Part shown: positions 36,952 to 46,990 of the stretch, piece after piece
Layout: each line of letters begins with the position of its first letter
Numbering within the stretch: position 1 is the stretch's first letter
Source of the DNA: Macrostomum lignano
Taxonomy: Eukaryota
DNA: 64,000 nucleotides
Direction of reading: 5' to 3'
NCBI GenBank assembly: GCA_002269645.1
Contig: NIVC01003107.1
Span: forward strand, 55,045 to 119,044
Notes under the pieces: model-generated
The model's database searches: none
Seen by the model: the letters and a program-made list of their open reading frames with translations, nothing else
What the model was told of the DNA's origin: nothing
Made by a program: the position numbers and the translations under genes

Positions 36952-37095
36952 CTGTTAATTAGCAGACCTTACCTCAACAGTAACAACCTGCTGCCCCTTA
37001 AACGTGAAGTCCAGCAAGTTTGGCGTCAATGTCAAATTGTAATTAATCGGCCTCGAATGAGTTGGCAATTTTTTGAATTCAGTTTTGCCGGACAT
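26761..37095 (-). CDS. NPEPPS: Puromycin-sensitive aminopeptidase (M1 family); exons 37095-36973, 33269-33197, 32999-32314, 30784-30500, 29980-29489, 28050-27544, 27180-26761
   Basis: KLP...[19 protein letters not shown] start; MKGFYR; DARR..PCWDEP; [13 protein letters not shown]; [27 protein letters not shown]; [20 protein letters not shown]; TWTKQMGYP. All six junctions are GT-AG and in phase. Confidence 0.95.
27290..27520. repeat. 18-bp minisatellite (ATCCCCTCCAGATCCCTA)n in NPEPPS intron 6
   Basis: Tandem units visible directly. Confidence 0.9.
28090..29155. repeat. ~23-bp minisatellite (GAGTGACTATCAATGTGTCAGAA)n in NPEPPS intron 5
   Basis: Tandem units visible directly. Confidence 0.95.
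30040..30440. repeat. Degenerate ~28-bp tandem repeat (AAACGGCCCATTTAGGTACGGATTTGCT) in NPEPPS intron 4
   Basis: Recurring GGCCCATTTA / GATTTG cores. Confidence 0.8.
30880..32185. repeat. 20-bp minisatellite (GATTCTGAGGTACTTGGGGC)n in NPEPPS intron 3
   Basis: Exact 20-bp register. Confidence 0.97.
33331..33483. repeat. (GACA)n microsatellite, left flank of the retrotransposon
   Basis: Direct observation. Confidence 0.97.
33703..34494 (+). CDS. gag: Retrotransposon gag with CCHC zinc knuckle, interrupted by an in-frame TAA at 34273-34275
   Basis: [25 protein letters not shown] (gag-like); [14 protein letters not shown] at ~34393-34434 lies in the same frame after the stop. Confidence 0.85.
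34446..36726 (+). CDS. pol: Retrotransposon pol (aspartic protease, reverse transcriptase, RNase H, integrase N-terminal His-His), in the -1 frame relative to gag
   Basis: ALIDSGS; [10 protein letters not shown]; [10 protein letters not shown]; YQFKRMPQG; YMDD; LYTDAS; EKECLA; FTDH; ADGLSR; [14 protein letters not shown], then it runs into GACA repeats. Confidence 0.93.
36725..36951. repeat. (GACA)n microsatellite, right flank of the retrotransposon
   Basis: Direct observation. Confidence 0.97.
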
Positions 37096-37544
37096 TTTCA
37101 ACTTTCAGTAACAATGGCGTCTGTTTTGATTTGAAGTGCGGGTTTAGGCGGTGCAGTGGCATGCATAAGTTTGAGCAGAACCATTGGCTGTTTTATGTAG
37201 GCTTTTCATAGCAGCACATGCTGTCAGCTGTCACACTGATAACAGGTGCAACAGCAATGCTACACTTTTGATAATTACGATTACTAAGTTTGCTATAGAA
37301 GTTGCAAGCCTATTACGAGCGTTATATTAACTACCTGAAGCTAGCAAAATAGGACACTTAATTAGTGGCATGCACGGGAGTTGAAAAGAAATAATATTAA
37401 AGGTTCTCTATTAACTACATAACGAATTTACACTCCACTAGTGCATAGTACATGTTTAGTTTCGTGACTGATTTCAAAGTATAACTTATCGCTTCATTTA
37501 ATAATGCAGATCTCGTTTGCAAAATTGCTAGGCTATGATTCTTA

Positions 37545-37890
37545 AGGTTTTCGAGAGTGATTCTTAGAAAATCAAGAAAGTGACTCCACCTGTCAGAAAT
37601 TTTTACTTTTGGTGTCTTTTAGTGACACTATAAATTTTGAGTGTCAGAGAGCTACTTTTTAATCGCCGGAGAGGACTCTTAAAGTGTCAGAAGAGTGACT
37701 GATAATGAGCCAGGAGAGTAATTCTTAAAGTGTCGAAGAGTAACTGTCAAAATCCCGGGGTGACTCTCAATGTATCAGGAGAGTGACTCTCACAGTGCTG
37801 GAGAGTGATTTTCAAAGTGCCGGAGAGTGACTTAAAGTGCTGAAGAGTGACTCTTAAAGTGCCGGAGAGTGACTCAAATTGCCGAAGAGT
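37545..37890. repeat. Degenerate GAGAGTGACT-core tandem repeat
   Basis: Recurring (G)AGAGTGACT cores at ~21-24 bp spacing. Confidence 0.75.
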
Positions 37891-37912
37891 GTCCGTTTCC
37901 ACCATCCCGCAG

Positions 37913-40085
37913 CATCCCCACCAAGCGGCTTCAGCCGGGCAGCTTCCTTCTGCCGCTAAGCCGCCATCAATCTGCAGGTCCGCTCCGTCGGCTGCTTCTG
38001 TGCATTGAAGAGGCCGACAGGCTGTCTCAGCTGGCCGAAGACCAGGCTGGAGCAGCAGCCGCCGCCGCCTTCCCAACCTCTACCTGGACCCGACTCGAGC
38101 TGGGACTTCGCGTGGGCGGCTGCCTTCTCTCGCTGACCGCCCTGGCGGCGGCTGCCGTCGCCGCGTTCGCCAAAACCGACGGTCGCCGTCGAAGATGGCG
38201 CCGACTGACCGCGGCCGAGTTGAACGCCTGCGTGGCATTCGGCCTCGAGGAGGCCTGCGCCGCGGTTGCCAGCAGCATGACAGCCGGCCTGACTGCCTGT
38301 CGAGTGGTTGCCGCGCTCCGGCACTGGCTGGGACTGGCGCGGGCCTGCGCCCTGCTGCTGCTGACGCTGGATCAGTGGCGCCGGCTTCGGCGTCGTCTGT
38401 CAGCACCGCAGCGTCGGGACGTTCAACAGCAGCAACAACAGCTGCAGCAGCAGCAGGAGCATCAACGGCATCGCCAGTTTCAACGACGCCGGCGGGATCG
38501 GAGACTGCAGCGGACTCGGACAGCCGCCAGGCTGGGGCTGGCCTGGCTGGCGCCGCTGCTGCCCGCCGCCACCGTCTGGCTGATCGAGGCCGCCTCCGCT
38601 GCCGCGGTGCTGGGACCGGTGCGCACCGCCTGCTTCTTTTTGGTCCCAGTTGTGCCTTGTACCTCATATATTCCTGCTAGATCGCATTTATCCCCTTTAG
38701 ATCCCATTTATCCCGTCTAGATCCCATTTATCCTCTTTAGATTCCATGCATCCCCTCTAGATCCTGTTTATTCCCTCTAGATCCCATTTATCCCGTCTAG
38801 ATCCCATTCATCCCCTCTAGAACTCATATATTCCATTTAGATCTCATTTATTCCCTCTAAATCCAATTTATCCCCTTTAGATCCCATTTATGCCCTCCAA
38901 ATCCCATTTATGCCCTCCAGATCCCATTTATTCCCTCCAGATCCCATTTATCCCATTTATCCTCTTTAGATTCCATGCATCCCCTCTAGATCCTGTTTAT
39001 TCCCTCTAGATCCCATTTATCCCGTCTAGATCTCATTCATCCCCCTAGAACTCATTTATTCTCTCTGGATCCCATTTATCCCGTCTAGATCCCATTTATC
39101 CTCTTTAGATTCCATTCATCCCCTCTAGATCCCATTTATCCTCTTTAAATTACATGCATTCCCTCTAGATCTCATTTATTCCCTCTAGATCCCATTTATC
39201 CTCTTTAGATTCCATTCATTCCCTCTGGATCCCATTTATCCATTATATTCAACCCTTCTAAATTCTATTTATCGCCTCTATATTGTATTGATCCCATTTT
39301 ACAAGATCCTAGATGCCCAATCTCACTCTACATGCATGATATCCTCCCGGTATTTCTATCGACCTAAATTTATTCGACAAGCTTTTATTTTAGCTATTAC
39401 CAATAGACTATAAATGTAGAATTTAGTGTACAAAGATTAGAAATTTTGGCCCTCCATACACGGCGGCACCAGTCAGCTCTTCAAAACCCAACGCCCCTAT
39501 CCATATCCCGCACTCCAGCCGCCGGAGCGGCCGTTCTACTGCGCGCCAGTTCATCAGCAGCAGCCGCAGCCGTCGCTATCCAACCCGGCCGCTTTCGCAG
39601 CCGCCTCTCTGGCGCCGCACTGCGCCCTGCTAGGCGCCGCCGCCGTCCTACTAGCCGCCGCCTGGCGACGTCTCCGACGCGCCGACTCCGACTCGGTGTC
39701 GTTCGAACTCAGGCCGGAGCGACATCGGGCCAGACTGCACGCCTGTCTGGTGGCGGCCTCGGCCGCGGCCTGGTCGGCCAGCCTGGCCGGTCGGTTCGTC
39801 GTCGAACGGCCGGCGACGCTGTCAAGAAATCTGGCGGCCGGCGCAGATTTCGCAGCCTGCGGCGCCCTGTTCGGCTTAGCCTGCCTGCTGCCGATGAGGT
39901 GGCGGCTGGCCGCGGCTACACCCGACACCAACTGCAACGACGACCACGCATTGGGCGAAGCCTCGGTCAACGCCTCGGATGCGGACATTGTTGACGCAGC
40001 GTCGACCATCGTCGTGATTGGCGGTGGATCGACTGGCGCGACAGGTGCCGACGCGGCCGTCGGGAAACTGCTGACTGATGAATAA
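37913..40085 (+). CDS. Divergent class-B/adhesion/Methuselah-like 7TM receptor domain; exons 37913-38618, 39519-40085
   Basis: TM1 GGCLLSLTAL; TM2 ELNACVAFGL; TM3 ACRVVAALRHWLGLARACALLLLTLDQWRRL (compare the class-B consensus ACRVVAVLLHYFFLASFFWM); TM4 GLAWLAP; further hydrophobic TM5-7 in the last exon; phase-0 GT-AG intron 38619-39518. Confidence 0.75.
38680..39245. repeat. 20-bp minisatellite (AGATCCCATTTATCCCCTCT)n in the receptor intron
   Basis: Tandem units visible directly. Confidence 0.9.
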
Positions 40086-40189
40086 TAAATCAATCGAGAG
40101 TGCGACATTTTCCCAACGAGCTTTACCGACAAGGCTATTGCATTCTGCCATTTTACCGCCAAGGACTTCTAGCAGGAGGTTCACCTAAA

Positions 40190-40760
40190 GATTTCTAACT
40201 GGGGACTTTCGTAATGATTCTAGCTGGGGATTTTGATAAGGATTTCTAGCTGGGGATTCCCCTAAGGATTCTAGCAGGGGATTCCCCGGAGGATTTCTAG
40301 CTGGGAATTCCCCTAAGGATTTCTAGCTGGGGAATCCCCTAAACATTCTAGCAGGGGATTCTGATAAGGATTTCTAGCTGAGGATTCCTCTAATGATTGT
40401 AGCAGGGGATTCCCATAAGGATTTCTAGCAGGGGATCCCCCTAAGGATTTCTAGCAGGAGATCCGATAAGGATTTCTAATATCTGGGGATTCCCCTGAGG
40501 ATTTCTAGCTGGGAATTCCCCTAAGGATTTCCAGCTGGGAATTCTCCTAAGGATTTCTAGCTGGGGAATCCCTAAACATTCTAGCAGGGGATTCCCCTAA
40601 GGATTTCTAGCAGGGGAATCCCCTAAGGATTTCTAGCTGGGGATTCTCTAAGGATTTCTAGCCAAGGATTTCTAGCTATGGATCTCGCCTAGGGATTTCT
40701 AGCTAAGGATTTCCCTATAAGGATTTCTATCTAAGGATTTCCCTAAGGATTTCTAGCTGG
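40190..40760. repeat. ~26-bp degenerate minisatellite (GGATTTCTAGCTGGGGATTCCCCTAA)n
   Basis: Tandem units visible directly. Confidence 0.88.
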
Positions 40761-41384
40761 GAAAGATTAAATGTCGCTTCTTTTCAGAATCGGCGCTTTG
40801 GATAATATCAGCGGAGTTAAAAAGTTTTTGGCGTTGCCATGCTACGAATGTACAGTGTACGGCAGATAAAGTGAACTCCAAACCAAATATCCTGAATGAG
40901 CCAGCTCCATGAACCATTTAAAGTTTCGCATGTAAAGCTGGAAAACCTTGACAGTAAAAATGAAACTGGAAAAGTCGTCTAGGTGGGAAAATCTAATTAG
41001 ACCTGTAAATCATAATTAGCTAATTAACATAACATTATTGTCCGAAACAGACATTGTCAACAATAATTAATGAATAATTAATGAGCTTGCTTTTCGCCTA
41101 ACACTACACTCCATGTCCAGTTAATTATATACACGTATAAGCGTTATATTGTTTAAACAGTAAAACTGCATTCGTAGATTAATTAAAAAACAATAGCCGA
41201 AAATTCAAGTGCAAACACCACACGGGTAATGAGGAATGAGGCCTGATGGTCTCAAATTGGCATATTAGTCTATGGCCCAGACTGTCTTTATGAGAATTTT
41301 GTAGGCTCTCAACTTTGGATGTCCGTTTTCCAACACACAAAAGCAATAGTATTGTCAATTTGATCAGGTTGAGAATACAAAAGG

Positions 41385-41940
41385 GGATAGAGATAAGGGA
41401 GAAGGGGGTACCATGAAGGGTGAAGGGGGTACCGTGAAGGGAGAAGGGGGTAGAGTGAAGGGAGGGGGTAGAGTGAAAGGAAGGGTACAGTGAAGGGAGA
41501 AGGGGGTAGAGTGAAGGGAGGGGGTAGAGTGAAGGGAGGGGGTAGAGTGAAAGGAAGGGTACCGTGAAGGGAGAAGGGGGTAGAGTGAAGGGAGGGGGTA
41601 GAGTGAAGGGAGAAGGGGTAGAGTGAAGGGAGGGGTAGAATGAAAGGAAGGGTACAGTGAAGGGAGAAGGGGGTAGAGTGAAGGGAGGGGGTAGAATGAA
41701 AGGAAGGGTACAGTGAAGGGAGAAGGGGGTAGAGTGAAGGGAGGGGGTAGAATGAAAGGAAGGGTACAGTGAAGGGAGAAGGGGGTAGAGTGAAGGGAGG
41801 GGGTAGAGTGAAAGGAAGGGTACAGTGAAGGGAGAAGGGGGTAGAGTGAAGGGAGGGGGTAGAGTGAAAGGAAGGGTACAGTGAAGGGAGAAGGAGGTAG
41901 AGTGAAGGGACAATGGGATAAAGTGGAGGGGGTAGAATGA
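41385..41940. repeat. Purine/G-rich ~20-bp minisatellite (GGGTAGAGTGAAGGGAG..)n
   Basis: Tandem units with strong strand asymmetry. Confidence 0.92.
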
Positions 41941-42564
41941 TGAAGGGGCTGCTGCACATTCTCAACCTGGTCGGTTCAGTTATCAGCTTGACTGACAAAA
42001 ATTACGAAATGGTCTGTGCATAAGTGCTTGAATTTGCCTACTACTTTAAATATTATACTCATGCGCTAGCTGTTGCTGTCAATATAGTATACCTACTGCT
42101 AATTAGCGAATATTCCTATCGCAAGCGAATTAAAAAATCTCTCCCTGTACGTATAAAACCTGTCGCGTGTCACAAAAAAACGTTGTTACGTAACTTCTGC
42201 TGTCAGCGATGCTTCTCTAAAAATTCAAGCGCTAATTCCGCGACCTAAAGGATTAAGATAAATCTTCTAACTCACTATAGTTTAGAAGAGCTGGACCACA
42301 TCAATGTCAGAGCTACAAGTTTTAATTGACTGACTAACTAATTGTACGTTGATGCTGCTGCAGCAATATTACTAAAACCAGTTCTGTGTAAAAATTCTCA
42401 AATTTCTAATAAAAATTGTGAAATTCATTGACAGGCTTATGAGCAATTCATATTTCTTTATTGAAGTTTAAATTTCAATTTGTGAATTTATTTAAATCCG
42501 AAGATTTTTGCTCTAATTTATACGCTGTTTATACTTATACTTATACTTAAATACTTAATTTATA

Positions 42565-43960
42565 CGGATTGTTGAGATTCCAAGGCTCATCAGGAATTGT
42601 TGAGATGTCAAGGCTCATCAGGAGTTGTTGAGATGCCAAGGCTCATGGGGAATTGTTGAGATTCCAAGGCTCATCAGGAATTGTTGAGATGCCAAGGCTC
42701 ATGGGGAATTGTTGAGATTCCAAGGCTCATCAGGAATTGTTGAGATGCCAAGGCTCATCAGGAGTTGTTGAGATGCCAAGGCTCATCAGGAATTGTTGAG
42801 ATGCCAAGGCTCATCAGGAATTGTTGAGATGCCAAGGCTCATCAGGAATTGTTGAGATTCCAAGGCTCATCAGGAATTGTTGAGATGCCAAGGCTCATCA
42901 GGAGTTGTTGAGATGCCAAGGCTCATCAGGAATTGTTGAGATGTCAAGGCTCATCAGGAATTGTTGAGATGCCAAGGCTCATGGGGAATTGTTGAGATTC
43001 CAAGGCTCATCAGGAATTGTTGAGATGCCAAGGCTCATGGGGAATTGTTGAGATGCCAAGGCTCATCAGGAATTGTTGAGATGTCAAGGCTCATCAGGAA
43101 TTGTTGAGATTCCAAGGCTCATCAGGAATTGTTGAGATGTCAAGGCTCATCAGGAATTGTTGAGATGCCAAGGCTCATGGGGAATTGTTGAGATGCCAAG
43201 GCTCATGGGGAATTGTTGAGATGTCAAGGCTCATCAGGAATTGTTGAGATGCCAAGGCTCATGGGGAATTGTTGAGATTCCAAGGCTCATCAGGAATTGT
43301 TGAGATGCCAAGGCTCATGGGGAATTGTTGAGATGCCAAGGCTCATCAGGAATTGTTGAGATGTCAAGGCTCATCAGGAATTGTTGAGATGTCAAGGCTC
43401 ATCAGGAATTGTTGAGATGCCAAGGCTCATGGGGAATTGTTGAGATTCCAAGGCTCATCAGGAATTGTTGAGATGCTAAGGCTCATGGGGAATTGTTGAG
43501 ATTCCAAGGCTCATCAGGAATTGTTGAGATGCTAAGGCTCATGGGGAATTTGTTGAGATTCCAAGGCTCATGGGGAATCTGTTGAGATGCCAAAGCTCAT
43601 GGGGAATTTGTTGAGATTCCAAGGCTCATGGGGAATTTGTTGAGATGCCAAGGCTCATCAGGAATTGTTGAGATGCCAAGGCTCATCAGGAATTGTTGAG
43701 ATGCCAAGGCTTATCAGGAATTGTTGAGATGCTAAGGCTCATCAGGAATTGTTGAGATGCCAAGGTTCATCAGGAATTGTTGAGATGCTAAGGCTCATCA
43801 GGAATTGTTGAGATGCCAAGGCTTATCAGGAATTGTTGAGATGCTAAGGCTCATCAGGAATTGTTGAGATGCTAAGGCTCATGGGGGATTGCTGAGATGC
43901 CAAGGTTCATCAGGAATTGTTGAGATGCTAAGGCTCATGGGGGATTGCTGAGATGTGAAG
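42565..43960. repeat. 28-bp minisatellite (GAATTGTTGAGATGCCAAGGCTCATCAG)n
   Basis: 28-bp period measured (42781 to 42809). Confidence 0.96.
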
Positions 43961-44309
43961 CCTTATCCAGAATTTTTAGAAGCTAAGGGTTATTTTAAAC
44001 TAAATAAACGTTGATTGAGCATTCGCTGTAAGTTCTGAATTAATCCAGATTTCAAATCTCCAAGATACTATTTAGCGCGCGCAAACGTTCTAAATACGAG
44101 TAAATTCCTGCAGTTGTACAAAATGCGTAAACTCAAATGGAATCTTAGCTTATTAGTGTAAAAAATAAGAGAATAGCAAATAAAACAAACGCAATTATTG
44201 TCTTAAAAATGCTAGGCAACAAAAGCTGTTGCAGGCTAACAAGAGAGTTGAAATTGAAATTTATTTCGATACAAATAAGCAACGTTCAGTCAAGGGGACC
44301 GGTCGGTCA

Positions 44310-45256
44310 TCACGGCTTCCTAATACGAGTTCTGTTCGAGCCGAGTAGCCGTTCGAAATTCGGCGGCCCCTGCTGCAGCATGTACTTGTCGAATACTCGA
44401 ACACCCTCCGGCAGAGTTGGTTGAGGATACATCTCAGTTAGCCAATTGTCTACATCAATTTTAGGCAGCTGGGCTGGCGGCAAACCGCCACCAGCCTCGC
44501 CAAGGGCAATGGGATACAGGGAAGCCTTCACCTGTACAGTGACCCGGTTGTTCAGCTGGACGCCAATACGAAATGTACTGCCAGCTCCGCCGCTGCCAGG
44601 CTTTGGCAATTTAGGCAGCTTGTCAGGCAATTTAATAGACTGCCTATTTAACTCCACACCGTAGCGTCTGAATGCTACGCATATGTGACGCTCGTTAAGA
44701 GGTAATCGGTCGCTTTTACTACTACTACTACCACTAGTAGTATTAACAGCAGACAGATTTACTGGCACTAGCAGGTGCAAAGCTTCCAAGGTGCGCTGTA
44801 GTTGATAAAGTGGACCAGTGAATACGCGAGCATCGCGCCAGGAAGACTCAGAACGATTGGACTGTTTCTGCTCCTGCTGCTGCTGGTGTTCAATCTTGGC
44901 CCAGCCTAGCGGATTCAAATAGTGCCAGAATCGCGACCGATGAACAAAGACTAATTGACCGGATTCACCTAGGCCGGGCACATCGCGATTGAGACGAACT
45001 GACAATAGCTGTTCGGATTCCGGTCGCAATGATAGCAGTTCAGCAGTCTCGTACAGCTTATTGTAGATCGGCACCCTGTCCGGGTAGTCGTCAATCTCGT
45101 GCAGAAGCGGCCTACCGTCCAGTTCAGGATAGGGCCGGTCCAGCTCGTGCTTGCGGGCCACGATCACTGTAGTACGAATGGGTTGTTGCGGGCGATGCAG
45201 CAGGGAGGCTGCGGCTGCGGACCTCAGCGAGGCCGAGCGACAGATTGAAGCCACCA
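44310..45256 (-). CDS. MRPL9: Mitochondrial ribosomal protein L9 (bL9m); start codon probably supplied in part by an upstream exon
   Basis: Arg/Ser/Ala presequence, then RTTVIV; VRLNRDVPGLGESGQLVFVHRSRFWHYLNPLGWA fits the L9 N-terminal domain pattern; acceptor cccTAG at 45257-45258. Confidence 0.8.
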
Positions 45257-45284
45257 CTAGGGATTGCAGGAGTGGTTGCAGTTT

Positions 45285-45600
45285 GGGGTCATTGGACTAA
45301 TGAGTGGGTCATTGAAGTAATGATTGGGTCATTGAAGTAATGATTGGGTCATTGAACTAATGATTGGGGTCATTGGACTAATGATTTGGGTCATTGGACT
45401 AATGATTGGGGTCATTGAACTAATGATTGGGGTCATTGAACACTGATTGGGGTCACTGAATACCGATTGGGTCACTGAATACTGATTGGGGTCATTGAAT
45501 ACTGATTGGGGTCACTGAATACTGATTGGGGTCACTGAATACCGATTGGGTCACTGAATACTGATTGGGGTCACTGAATACCGATTGAAGTCACTGAATG
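45285..45600. repeat. ~21-22-bp minisatellite (GGGTCATTGAACTAATGATTG)n upstream of the MRPL9 exon
   Basis: Tandem units visible directly. Confidence 0.9.
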
Positions 45601-46284
45601 GGACTGTTAAACTGCTAATCACTTCCGCAGGGATCCAAGTTAGCAAACAATGCTGTTTTTCAAGGCAACCTCAACACAAAGTAACAAAAATGAGTTGATA
45701 TCAAGGATGCGACTTTATAGATTTGTTATAATAGTAACACTTGTGTTGTACTTTTGCGGCAGAACGAAATACGTAGATTTCGACAGAACGTAAACACGGG
45801 GAGAGTGATAAGGACGATACACATTGTGTATACCGTAATGCACTGGGCTGTTTTAAATTTTATGCTGAATATTACAGTTCCATATGCTAGCTTCTAAACT
45901 GTTTCCATACGTCAATACAAACTTGCTGTTGATAATAAAGAAAGGAATTGTAGAAAAAACACAGAGGCCAAACAGAAAATCATGGGAGGCAAAAACAGAC
46001 AGTTTATTACTTATGGCTGCTTGCAGAGTTAAATCCAGTCACTTGAATTATGTTACCAAATTGAATCATTTCACTAGTAACTTTTAGATGCACAAAACTG
46101 CTAAGGGTACAGAGAAGAGTAGAAGGGTTTCAATACAAGCTTAAATAGGATTTTTCATACAGATAATTAGGCTGCAGTTGTTGTTACTTTTTTATTCCAC
46201 ATACTTTGCCGCCTAAAAATTATTAACAAACTTTTTTGCTGCTACAGATTCTTTACTTAGAGATTGATTTGATTAGACATTGAG

Positions 46285-46810
46285 AGAGTGGCCCAGCAAC
46301 TGAGGATCTGGGAGGCTGGCCCAGCAACTGAGGATCTGGGAGGCTGGCCCAGCAACTGAGGATCTGGGAGGCTGGCCCAGCAACTGAGGATCTGGGAGGC
46401 TGGCCCAGCAACTGACACTCTGGGAGGCTGGCCCAGCAACTGGGGATCTGGAGGCTGACCCAGCAACTGAGGATCTGGGAGGCTGGCCCAGCAACTGAGG
46501 ATCTGGGAGGCTGGCCCAGCAACTGAGGATCTGGGAGGCTGGCCCAGCAACTGAGGATCTGGGAGGCTGGCCCAGCAACTGAGGATCTGGGAGGCTGGCC
46601 CAGCAACTGAGGATCTGGGAGGCTGGCCCAGCAACTGAGGATCTGGGAGGCTGGCCCAGCAACTGAGGATCTGGGAGGCTGGCCCAGCAACTGACACTCT
46701 GGGAGGCTGGCCCAGCAACTGGGGATCTGGAGGCTGACCCAGCAACTGACACTTTGGGAGGCTGACCCAGCAACTGACACTCTGGGAGGCTGGATCAGCA
46801 ACTGAGGATC
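46285..46810 (-). repeat. 28-bp minisatellite of the same family as the DNAJC21 intron 1 array, inverted
   Basis: Unit CAACTGAGGATCTGGGAGGCTGGCCCAG is the reverse complement of the 13850-14460 unit. Confidence 0.95.
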
Positions 46811-46990
46811 TATAGGCCCTGTTCGTATCTCACTTTAAATACCAGCCGGGAATTTGAAAACCGAATATTGTCACTAAAACTTATGCGAAGCTAATTATCT
46901 AAATATTTTGTCCTAGCAAAACCAGCAAAAATTAACTACACTATGCTTCACACCCAAGCGGTATTATCAGTCAAAATATAAAACAAAATA

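Noticed and set aside
42230-42330. Possible 31-nt micro-intron and small exons on the minus strand
   Set aside because: Stops in all joined frames and no homology
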